Below, piece by piece: positions 55,651 to 64,000 of a DNA stretch of 64,000 bases; the first letter of the stretch is position 1; each line of letters starts with the position of its first letter. A program made the position numbers and the translations under genes. The stretch is from an uncultured candidate division Zixibacteria bacterium (GTDB lineage: Bacteria; Zixibacteria; MSB-5A5; UBA10806), in contig CAWDFP010000006.1 in the NCBI GenBank assembly GCA_963801605.1, positions 1,696,001 to 1,760,000 on the forward strand, given 5' to 3'. The notes under the pieces are model-generated. The model was not told the origin of the DNA, did not search any database, and saw nothing but the letters and a program-made list of their open reading frames with translations.

Positions 55651-55684
55651 AATCGCCTCAATGCAAAACGGGGCGATTTTCTTT
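55651..55684 (+). terminator. Intrinsic terminator after the 5S-like copy
   Basis: AATCGCCTC-aatgcaaaac-GGGGCGATT followed by TTCTTT. Confidence 0.75.
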
Positions 55685-55757
55685 AACAGGATTAATAAGT
55701 AGAAAAAACTGAAATGTTGAATTGACCTAATATGATTTTAATTGTAACTTTGATAAA

Positions 55758-56297
55758 ATGGCCAGCTTTACTAAAGAACAAATAGAATATATTAATACAA
55801 TGCTTGACGAGCTCGGCAATGAAAAGGATCGAGGCCGTCCTATATAGGCGCGGAACTTGATAGATCTCTTGGAGACATCTTAATTGCGCACTTGCTCCCG
55901 GAAAAAGGAAAAACTAGTTCACCTCTTTTAGACAAGGATGGGCCTTTGGCACTCTCGCTTCAGGAATAGAAATTATCTATCGTCGTAGGGATTGATCAGC
56001 CCTTTGCTTCATCGAGAAGATTCATTTGTGAAAATAAGAAATCATTTTGCACATTCAAATGGCGCTGGAGTAGCAAAAAGTGAAAAATCGGCAATGGTGG
56101 ACTTATCCGAGCGTCTTGCATATTCCCAATGGATTTTGGAGGGTAATCCTTATTTTATTCAAGATGGCAATTGAGTAACATAGATGGCTATAACGATGAA
56201 ATACAGATTCATCTTTGTGCATGGCGCATCTTCATTGCTTGCTGGAAACATCGCGAATATTATTGAACAAGTAAAACATAAAATTCTATTGAGTTAG
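55758..56297 (+). pseudogene. Degraded MtlR-like HEPN-fold protein
   Basis: Fragments across frames read E.DRG / IGAELDRSLGDILIAHL / LLDKDGPL / IEIIYR / GLISP / KIRNHFAH. At least three or four frame breaks. Confidence 0.6.
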
Positions 56298-56509
56298 TGC
56301 GTTGAACCTCGGCTATCAAGCGTAACATACTAGTTATTTTGAGCCAAGGACCGGGGTGATCGGGGACCCACGGCGAAAAGCTTGTATCCGGCGGTTCGCG
56401 AATTGCTAAAGAATGCCAGAACTACCTTGGTTATTAATCGGTTAATAATATTTGGCATTTATATTATAATTACGCAGGATAGAAAAATAACCGAATGAGG
56501 GGCAACAAT

Positions 56510-56902
56510 ATGAAAAAGGACACAACAACTAAGGGCGAATCCCCTTCTCGGCTGATCGACGCGAAGATCAAGGAACTGGACGATTGGAGGGGCAAGACGC
56601 TCTCCCATATCCGCGCTCTCATCAAACAGGCTGACCCTGAGGTGGTCGAGGAGTGGAAGTGGGATGTTCCGGTTTGGTCTGACAATGGAATTATCTGCAC
56701 CGGCGAGACATACAAGAGCGCCGTAAAGCTGACTTTTCCCAAAGGCGCTTCGCTTGCGGACCCGTCAGGACTATTCAACTCCAGCCTTGAAGGCAAAGTT
56801 AGGCGCGCTATCGATTTCCGTGAGGGTGATAAAATAGATGAGGATGCCTTCAAGACGCTCATCCGCGCCGCCGCAGCCCTGAACAGGTCATCGGCCAAAT
56901 AG
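56510..56902 (+). CDS. DUF1801 (YdhG-like) protein
   Basis: 'IDAKIKELDDWRG.TL..IR.LI..ADP.V.EEWKW..PVW...GIICTGE.YK..VKLTF.KGASL.DP..LFNSSLEG..RRAID'. Confidence 0.88.
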   Translation: MKKDTTTKGESPSRLIDAKIKELDDWRGKTLSHIRALIKQADPEVVEEWKWDVPVWSDNGIICTGETYKSAVKLTFPKGASLADPSGLFNSSLEGKVRRAIDFREGDKIDEDAFKTLIRAAAALNRSSAK

Positions 56903-56993
56903 TCGAATCCGGGCGCTTCATGAGTTAGCGTCCATCGTAATCGGTGCGTAGTCCGCTTTGCGAAAATATAAACTACCTTACTAAGGAGGCCCT

Positions 56994-57479
56994 ATCTACA
57001 CATCAGAATCCCTTTTAGATATAAACGAGCGGTCGCAACGCAGTTTCAAAAAGCTGTTGGAGCATTGCCGCCAATTCAGTGTCGAGGAAATAAACCGCGA
57101 GATCGAGGGTTTCGGCTATCCCACGATCCGACTGCAATTGTATCACATACTCGGCGCTCAGAATTATTGGATCGGAGTGCTGCAAGGGCGTATGGATGCC
57201 GATGAGAATGACCCGCTGTATCCCACAATTGATTCGCTCGAAAGATTTCACGAACAGATATTCCGCATGACCGATGAGTATCTGCGGGAGGCGTCGATGG
57301 AGGAGCTAAGTACTCCGCGCAAGATGATGACTTGGCAGAATATCGAACGCGACTTAATCCCGGCGCATGTGATCATGAGAACCGTGACGCATTTATATCA
57401 GCATCAAGGCCAGATTATGGCACTCTGCAGGCTGCTCGGAAAACCTGTGGAAAGAGGGATGGATTATCCGATAGTGTAG
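56994..57479 (+). CDS. DinB/YfiT-family protein (start codon reads ATC)
   Basis: His motifs 'QLYHILGAQ.YW' and 'THLYQHQGQI..LCRLLG'. SD AAGGAGG precedes the in-frame ATC at 56994. Confidence 0.75.
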   Translation: MYTSESLLDINERSQRSFKKLLEHCRQFSVEEINREIEGFGYPTIRLQLYHILGAQNYWIGVLQGRMDADENDPLYPTIDSLERFHEQIFRMTDEYLREASMEELSTPRKMMTWQNIERDLIPAHVIMRTVTHLYQHQGQIMALCRLLGKPVERGMDYPIV

Positions 57480-57506
57480 AATGGCACACCTGGGAGTGTG
57501 CCATTC
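57479..57506. terminator. Perfect 11-bp hairpin between convergent genes
   Basis: GAATGGCACAC-ctggga-GTGTGCCATTC. Confidence 0.65.
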
Positions 57507-57541
57507 GCGAAATTTACGGAATTATTGTGATGCTTAGCCCG

Positions 57542-58018
57542 TTACTTTACCCCATCATAAGCATCTTTCAATATTTTGATATCAAGCTTGGTCATCTGAA
57601 GCATTGACATCATTGCTCTGCCCCTTTTTTCAATGTCCTTGCTTGATAACAATTCGCCCAAAATAGTTGGGACGATTTGCCAGGAGATGCCATACTTATC
57701 CTTAAGCCAGCCGCATTGCTCCTGTTCACCGCCATCGGAGAGTTTCTCCCATAATAAGTCGACCTCAACCTGGGTCTGGCAATTGACATAGAGTGAAATC
57801 GCCGGTGAAAAGGTGAATATCGGGCCGCCATTAATCGCGATAAAATCCTGCCCCTCGAGTTGGAAAGCAATAACCGTTACGGTTCCCGGATGATCTGGAT
57901 GCTCATTTTCAAAGCGATTAATGCTTTCAATTTTAGAATTCTTGAAGATAGAAGTATAAAAGTTTACTGCCTCTTCCGCCTGGTCGTTAAACCATAAAAA
58001 TGGAGTGATTTTTTGCAT
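57542..58018 (-). CDS. VOC/PhnB-like (3-demethylubiquinone-9 3-methyltransferase family) protein
   Basis: MQKITPFLWF..QAEEA..FY.SIF, NGGP.F.F..AIS and CGWLKDKYG.SWQIVP. Confidence 0.92.
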   Translation of the reverse strand: MQKITPFLWFNDQAEEAVNFYTSIFKNSKIESINRFENEHPDHPGTVTVIAFQLEGQDFIAINGGPIFTFSPAISLYVNCQTQVEVDLLWEKLSDGGEQEQCGWLKDKYGISWQIVPTILGELLSSKDIEKRGRAMMSMLQMTKLDIKILKDAYDGVK

Positions 58019-58340
58019 GCGGAATTCCTTTCTGACAAATTTTGGATTAATCTACCAAATTTCTTTAATACAAATCAAATTTCATAATCAATTGTTTCAT
58101 CAAATGCTGCTTTCAATCTTCATTTTTTCTACGACGTCATAATTCATTGGCAGTCCGTGACCTGGCAAGAACTGAAAAGCCGGATGTCACATATAGTAAT
58201 CTCAAATCAGATAAGCTAATTTGCCGTTTATTCTACTCCATATTCCACGTATTTTCAGCCTATCACGGCACAAATAAAAGCCTCTAATTGTTTTTACAAA
58301 CGGAAATCCAAGAATTTCAACTTTATTTAAGGAGGGGAAT

Positions 58341-58691
58341 ATGCCAACAGGACAACCTTACACGATCACGTATTATGAGGTCAAGCCGGGTAAGGAACAT
58401 AATTTTAAATCGGCTTGGGAAAATATGGCTCGCGAATCAATGAAGCATTACCGGGTGGGCGGGAATCCGCGGTTGTTGCAGGATCCGGAAAATCCTCGCC
58501 GCTTTTTTTCGTACGCCGAATGGATTCGGATCAACGATATAACCGACTGGATGCAGCAGCCATATTTTAAGGAGTTCGTCCAATCTACCCAAGAGCTTTG
58601 CGAGAGAGTCGATCGCCATATTTTTAATGTCGTCTCAGATATGGCCGTAAGAGCGCCGGAATTCGAAAAGATTAAGACCAGGGGAAAGTAG
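58341..58691 (+). CDS. ABM (antibiotic biosynthesis monooxygenase)-like dimeric alpha/beta barrel protein
   Basis: 'Y.VKPGKE..F...W', 'LLQD.ENP.RF.S..EW' and a strong RBS AAGGAGG. Confidence 0.7.
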   Translation: MPTGQPYTITYYEVKPGKEHNFKSAWENMARESMKHYRVGGNPRLLQDPENPRRFFSYAEWIRINDITDWMQQPYFKEFVQSTQELCERVDRHIFNVVSDMAVRAPEFEKIKTRGK

Positions 58692-58887
58692 TTTTAACCG
58701 GCAAAACGGTTCAGGGCGATCAGAAGATTTATTATAGTCGTTATCGCGGGCGCCATAAAATTGGAGTGAAGGGGAGATTCTATAATCACCCCTTCATGGT
58801 TTTAGGCTCCGGGAATCCTACTTAAGGCGATTAGCAATTTTATTTTGATTTCCAAAATGCCCCATTAATTGTCACTTTACTCTTGCT

Positions 58888-60049
58888 ATGGAGGCTATTT
58901 TTTACCATTTTCACCAAGCTATGGTGGGAATTTCGAAATTTAAATATCAATCTGCCGGATTACCAGTGATTATAGGTAGCGACAAATTCAGGCAATTACA
59001 TATCGCCATTTTTGCAAACGAGCGCTCAATTCATACTCGACGCTGGGTGTTGGGCCTGCGGGAATTGGGGCATCGAGTTGATCTAATTACGTTCTATAAA
59101 GATTACGACCATGATATCGGTGGAATTGATCTAGAAGCGACGAGTAAGGCGGGGTATCTGCTTAAAATCGGGAAGCTCAGGGAGATAATAAGCAGAGCTT
59201 CAGCCGGATATTTTTCATGCCCATTGTGCGTCCAGTTTCGGATTTTTGGCCAGTTTCGTAGATCATCCACGAAAGGTTCTTTCGGTTTGGGGGGAGGATA
59301 TAATAGCATTTCCGCGACGAAACCTCATAAATCAGAAAATAGTACAAAAATCATTATCAAGCGCTCATCAGATTACAGCAACCAGCTTGTTTCTTGAAAG
59401 AGTCGCGCGCTCCTTTCCAATTAAACTTCCTCCCATAACTGTTATACCGTTCGGAATAGATCTTAGGGTATTTTCCTACATAGAACGACAACCGCAGTCG
59501 GTAATCAAGATTGGTATTGCCAAGCACCTTGAGGAACAGTATGGTATCGACACTTTGATAAAATCATTCATGGTATTGTTGAAGAACAATAGCAACGTTA
59601 AATTGATTATTGCCGGTAGGGGAACCAAGGAAGATAAATATAAACGGCTGGCAAGCAGATTTGGGCTTGACACAAAAATTGAATTTTTGGGCGCTGTGGA
59701 ACATTCCAGGATGCCCGAATTTCTATGGTCGGTGGACATTGCCGCAATGCCGTCTAGATACGATGATGAAAGCTTTGGCGTTGCTGCCCTGGAAGCGTCA
59801 GCAACGGGTTTGCCTGTTGTAGCTACCAAAGTAGGCGGCGTACCCGAAGTTGTTATCGATGGTGTTACCGGCTTTATGGCGGAAAAGGAAAATGAGGAGC
59901 AGTTAGCGCAATATCTCGAAAGGCTAATCCAGGATTCCGACCTTCGCAAAAGGATGGGAATTGCGGGCCGAAAAATGGTGGAGGAACGATATCGCTGGGA
60001 AGATAACCTGGAATCGATGCAAAATCTATACTACGGAATGATGAAATGA
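58888..60049 (+). CDS. GT4 glycosyltransferase, one +1 indel at ~59190 (start uncertain)
   Basis: SIHT.RW, corrected ELQPDIFHAH.ASSFG, SVWG.D and ESFGVAALEASATGLPVVAT.VGG.PEVV. Confidence 0.85.
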
Positions 60050-61260
60050 AAATTCTATTGATGACACAATATTTTTATCCGGAGCCGGGGGCTACGACCA
60101 ACAGGCTTCTCTCGTTTGCCAGAATATTCGCCCAGAAAGGACATGACGTAACCGTGCTGTGTGAATTTCCTAGCTACCCGGTAGGCGTGTTACCGAAAGA
60201 ATATCATTACAGACTGTTCAAAACGGAAAAATTTGAAAATTTCAGGGTTGTACGCACATTTATACTGCCAACTGCAAGATCCAACGTCTTATCCCGTCTG
60301 CTAAATTATGCCAGCTATTTCATTTCGTCATTTGTTATCGGAGTATTCCTGCGTCGCCCCGATGTTATCATTGCGTCATCTCCTCCACCTACGGTAGGTT
60401 TGAGCGCGGCGCTGGTCAGCATAGTCAGGTTTGTCCCGATGATAGGGGATATCCAGGATCTCTGGCCGGAATATGCTATTGCCATTGGAGAGTTACGGAA
60501 TAAAGTCGCTATAATTATCGGTAAATTGGTGGAATCGATATTTTATTGGCGTTGTTTAGCGTTGGTAACCATTTCCAATGGACTCAAGGAATATCTCGAC
60601 AAGAAAACAAAAGGTAAGAAGCAGGTATTTATTGTACGCAATGGCTCATCAATACCCGATATGCCGGAATTTCCCCAAATCAAGGCAAATTGCTTCAGTC
60701 GGAAAACAGTAAATGTTTGCTATGCCGGTGTAATCGGCCTTTTACAACCAATTCAGGATGTCGTCGATGCGGCCGAATTAACTTTGACTGATGAATCTAT
60801 TCGTTATACCGTTATTGGGGACGGCGTCCGTCGAGGAAATTTAGAGAATCAGGTGCTAACGAAAAATCTTTCAAACATGACATTCACAGGGGCGTTATCG
60901 CAGAAAGAAACAATTGATCTACTCTTAGAATCGGATATTGCCATCGTAACCCTTCTCGATATAGAGCAGTTCAAGAGCGCCTTACCATCGAAATTTTTTG
61001 ATTACATGGCGATGGCCTTACCGATTGTACTCGGTGTCGATGGCGAAGCCCGTGAAATTCTCGAAACTAATAAAACCGGTCTATTTTATAAATCAGGATA
61101 TCCTGAGGATATGGTTAAGCAAATTCGCTGGTTGCAGGCTAATCCCGCCAAAGGGAAAGAAATGGGACTGGCAGGGAGACAACTGGTCATAGAATCGTTT
61201 TCGCGTTCCGACCTTTCGGTGAAAATGGAAAAGATCATTTCGGAATTGATTATTAAATAA
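60046..61260 (+). CDS. GT4 glycosyltransferase (WbuB-like)
   Basis: TQYFYPE.GA, RLLNY.S, ASSPP, D.QDLWPE, YAG.IG..Q and PSK.FDYMA...PI. Confidence 0.88.
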   Translation: MKILLMTQYFYPEPGATTNRLLSFARIFAQKGHDVTVLCEFPSYPVGVLPKEYHYRLFKTEKFENFRVVRTFILPTARSNVLSRLLNYASYFISSFVIGVFLRRPDVIIASSPPPTVGLSAALVSIVRFVPMIGDIQDLWPEYAIAIGELRNKVAIIIGKLVESIFYWRCLALVTISNGLKEYLDKKTKGKKQVFIVRNGSSIPDMPEFPQIKANCFSRKTVNVCYAGVIGLLQPIQDVVDAAELTLTDESIRYTVIGDGVRRGNLENQVLTKNLSNMTFTGALSQKETIDLLLESDIAIVTLLDIEQFKSALPSKFFDYMAMALPIVLGVDGEAREILETNKTGLFYKSGYPEDMVKQIRWLQANPAKGKEMGLAGRQLVIESFSRSDLSVKMEKIISELIIK

Positions 61261-61528
61261 GCGTTATAAATTAATCCGATGAATTGTTTATATATTTTTG
61301 GTGTAAGCGTTAATTACCATTACTAGCCTGCAAAATTGGTATAAATATCCTAGATTTTTATTATGCTATTATTAATTGAAAATAAGCGGCGACAAATGGC
61401 TATGACCAAATGGAGGATGATATGGTTTTGGGGAGTAATAGAAACTAAGCTACCCGTTTTGCTAGGCGAAGTTAAGGCTCTTATTAGCCAGCCTTAGTTA
61501 GATTGTATCAACCATTAATCCAATATGC

Positions 61529-61557
61529 TTGACTGTCTTCATATTAGACGATATATT
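61529..61557 (+). promoter_or_regulatory. Sigma70-type promoter for tRNA-Gly/der
   Basis: TTGACT-17-TATATT. Confidence 0.6.
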
Positions 61558-61581
61558 CAATTCCGGATATAAATAGCTTAA

Positions 61582-61653
61582 GCGGGCGTAATTCAGTGGT
61601 AGAATGTCAGCTTCCCAAGCTGGACGTCGTGGGTTCAAATCCCATCGCCCGCT
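61582..61653 (+). tRNA. tRNA-Gly(CCC)
   Basis: GCGGGCG/CGCCCGC acceptor stem, discriminator U, anticodon loop TTCCCAA and GGTTCAAAT. CCA is not encoded. Confidence 0.96.
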
Positions 61654-61726
61654 TTTAATAATGTCTTGATATCAGGCTATGATCAATTCTGGGGCGTAGA
61701 ATAATGTTGATGGGAGCAAATACATT

Positions 61727-63037
61727 TTGACAGTACCGATAATCGCAATCATAGGCCGACCCAATGTCGGCAAATCAACTCTGTTCAACAGGCTTATAAA
61801 GGCTCCTCAGGCGATTGTGGATGATATGCCGGGGGTGACCCGCGACCGCCTTTATAGGCCGACCAGTTGGAACGGAGTCGAATTTATGCTGGTGGATACC
61901 GGCGGTTTACATGTCGGAGCGCAAGAGCCACTGGCCCAGCAGGTTACTGATCAGGCCAAAATCGCCATCGACCAGGCAGATGTAGTTGTATTTCTACTGG
62001 ATACCAAAGTAGGTTTGCAGGATGAAGATATCCGGATCTCGCGAGACCTGAAACGCTCCGAAAAACGAGTGGTCATCGCGGTTAACAAGGTAGATGATGC
62101 CAAGAAGGAATATGATTCCCATGAATTCTATGCGCTTGGATTTAAAGATGTAATCCTCATTTCGGCGGCCAATGGCCGCAATATCGGCGAACTGCTGGAT
62201 GCTATGGTTGAGGGGCTGCCAAAGGAAGTAGTCGAGGAATCTCCGGAGGATATCAAGGTTGCAATCGTGGGCCGTCCCAATGTAGGAAAATCGTCACTGA
62301 TAAACTCAATGACCGGTCGCAATGTCACAATAGTGGCGCCAATACCCGGTACCACTCGAGACGCAATCGATACTCGCTTTGAACGCGATGGCAAGACCTT
62401 TCTTCTAATCGATACTGCCGGTCTGAAAAAGAAAAATATTTATAAAGATGATCTCGAATTTTACACCTCGCTTCGCACCATGCGGGCTATTACGCGCTGC
62501 GATATTGCGGTGGTGGTAATAGATAGTATCGATAATCTCGTAGTGGGGGACTTGCGGATTGCAACCGATGCGGCAGAGCAATTCAAGGGGCTTATTTTCG
62601 CGGTTAATAAATGGGACGTTTTCGAGAAAGACGAAAACAGCGCTGATTTGATTCGAAAAGCCATAAGGGATAAGGCGCCTCTTTTCTCCTATGCTCCCAT
62701 ACTATTTATTTCGGCCAAGACTGGTACTCGAGTGCACAAGGTCTGGGAAACGATCGAACAGGTAGATCAGGAGCGAAAAAAGAGAATTCCGACCGCGGAG
62801 TTAAATGCCTTTATAGGCAAACTGGTGGAAAATAACCCTCCTCCGGCTACGGGAGGGCGGTTTATTAAAATTTATTATGTAACGCATGCCGAAAGCGATC
62901 CACCGACTTTTATCTTCTTCAGCAATCATGCCAAGTATATCGAAATTCCCTATATGCGCTTTCTCGAAAATCGAATCAGGGAAAAGTATGGTTTTACCGG
63001 GACTCCACTTAAAATGATTTTCAAGTCGAAGAAATAA
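61727..63037 (+). CDS. der: Ribosome biogenesis GTPase Der (EngA)
   Basis: Two GTPase domains (GRPNVGKS twice, DTGG/DTAG, NKVD/NKWD) plus a KH-like C-terminus. Confidence 0.97.
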   Translation: MTVPIIAIIGRPNVGKSTLFNRLIKAPQAIVDDMPGVTRDRLYRPTSWNGVEFMLVDTGGLHVGAQEPLAQQVTDQAKIAIDQADVVVFLLDTKVGLQDEDIRISRDLKRSEKRVVIAVNKVDDAKKEYDSHEFYALGFKDVILISAANGRNIGELLDAMVEGLPKEVVEESPEDIKVAIVGRPNVGKSSLINSMTGRNVTIVAPIPGTTRDAIDTRFERDGKTFLLIDTAGLKKKNIYKDDLEFYTSLRTMRAITRCDIAVVVIDSIDNLVVGDLRIATDAAEQFKGLIFAVNKWDVFEKDENSADLIRKAIRDKAPLFSYAPILFISAKTGTRVHKVWETIEQVDQERKKRIPTAELNAFIGKLVENNPPPATGGRFIKIYYVTHAESDPPTFIFFSNHAKYIEIPYMRFLENRIREKYGFTGTPLKMIFKSKK

Positions 63038-63038
63038 G

Positions 63039-63668
63039 ATGATTACGATTACAATAAACGCGTTAATGGGTTATTTCCTGGGGTCAATTCCAACGGGTGT
63101 TTGGACCGGCCGGGTTTTTAGAGGGATCGATATCAGAGAGCATGGCTCCAAATCGATCGGCGCAACAAATGTCTTCCGCGTTTTAGGAGCCCGGTTGGCT
63201 GTCGGGGTGTTGGTTATCGATATCGCCAAGGGATTTTTCGCGGCTTATTTCGGTTCGAAGATTAACCTGGGGGATACGCTACTAACAACCGGTCAGCTCG
63301 CGATGATTGCGGGATTAGCGGCAATTATTGGGCATCTGTTTCCACTCTTTGCCAGATTTAGAGGGGGAAAAGGTGTCGCTACCGGCGCCGGTATGCTGCT
63401 GTTCCTGGCCCCATTAGAGGTGGCATTTGCGTTAATAGTATTCGTGGTGACCATAGCGATAACACGCTATGTCTCGCTGGGGTCAATTCTGGCAGCATGC
63501 TTTTTATCGATATCGCTTATTATTCAAAAATATGCTTACCATTATCCCCTGGGAAATGAGATGATCGGTTTGGCGGCGTTTATTCTGATTTTGATTTTGT
63601 TGACACATAGGGCCAATATCGGCCGTCTCATGCAGGGGACAGAAAATAAACTGGGAGCGAAGGCGTGA
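63039..63668 (+). CDS. plsY: Glycerol-3-phosphate acyltransferase PlsY
   Basis: YFLGSIP, DIR.HGS..IGATN, GH.FP.F..FRGGKGVAT and H..NI.RL..G.E. Confidence 0.96.
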   Translation: MITITINALMGYFLGSIPTGVWTGRVFRGIDIREHGSKSIGATNVFRVLGARLAVGVLVIDIAKGFFAAYFGSKINLGDTLLTTGQLAMIAGLAAIIGHLFPLFARFRGGKGVATGAGMLLFLAPLEVAFALIVFVVTIAITRYVSLGSILAACFLSISLIIQKYAYHYPLGNEMIGLAAFILILILLTHRANIGRLMQGTENKLGAKA

Positions 63669-64000
63669 GCGCTCAGAAGGTCGCAATATTGGGAGCCGGT
63701 GGATGGGGAATGGCAATCGCCAATCTCCTGTCTGAAAAGGATTACGATATCGGTCTCTGGGAGTTCGATAAAGCCGCTGCAGATGAGCTCGATTCGACCC
63801 GAGTGTTACCATCAAAGCTGCCTGGTATTGATCTAAATCAAAATATCTCAGTGACAAATGAATTGAATAAAGCAGTTGCCGGAGCGTCATTTATCTGTTT
63901 TGTAGTTCCATCCCAAACACTTCGGGCAACAGCCATTAGGCTACATGAGTGCGATCTTGCCAAACGGCCGGTTCTTATTAATCTTGCCAAGGGGATTGAA
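63665..64000 (+). CDS. gpsA: NAD(P)H-dependent glycerol-3-phosphate dehydrogenase (3'-partial)
   Basis: GTG start overlaps the plsY stop. Translates KVAILGAGGWGMAIA ... VVPSQ ... LAKGIE. der-plsY-gpsA synteny. Confidence 0.92.
   Translation, partial: MSAQKVAILGAGGWGMAIANLLSEKDYDIGLWEFDKAAADELDSTRVLPSKLPGIDLNQNISVTNELNKAVAGASFICFVVPSQTLRATAIRLHECDLAKRPVLINLAKGIE

Noticed and set aside
55758..58691. Integron cassette array (small cassette-like genes, GTTAG motifs at ~56293 and ~56924)
   Set aside because: There are no matching RYYYAAC...GTTRRRY attC palindromes, orientation is mixed, and no integrase is present.

Overview
Bacterial chromosomal window, most likely from an FCB-superphylum lineage such as Zixibacteria or KSB1-like bacteria. 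This placement is an inference from the PorV-like barrel, FlgD/T9SS-like C-terminal domain, cohesin-like protein and D(S/T)-rich surface proteins; no database search was run. From 1 to 22.8 kb there is one long co-oriented envelope cluster. It encodes a TPR protein, an Ig-like lipoprotein, a ~1,970-aa repeat surface protein split by three single-base indels, and a PorV-TPR fusion. It continues with an RsbW-kinase/sensor/HAMP/SpoIIE/tandem-HTH fusion, an orphan ParA, a STAS-HTH protein, a GAF-GGDEF cyclase, Wza, a split Wzc and a priming glycosyltransferase. From 23 to 33 kb come PEGA and FN3 proteins, a DUF2723 GT-C enzyme, three tandem type IV pilins behind a sigma54-like promoter, pilD and a PAS histidine kinase. 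From 33 to 48 kb lie pmbA/tldD, exported proteins, a cysteine synthase-family enzyme, a two-gene microcompartment locus, purD/purE, lemA, a CDF transporter, a GlmU-like protein, galT and glgA. From 49 to 55 kb is a complete rRNA operon whose 23S gene carries a 353-nt ORF-less group I intron after U1923. It is followed by an MNT-HEPN toxin-antitoxin pair bracketed by the 5S gene and a partial 5S copy with two insertions. The rest holds small accessory genes, two GT4 enzymes, tRNA-Gly, der, plsY and partial gpsA. About ten scattered single-base frameshifts, including one in purD, are probably consensus errors.
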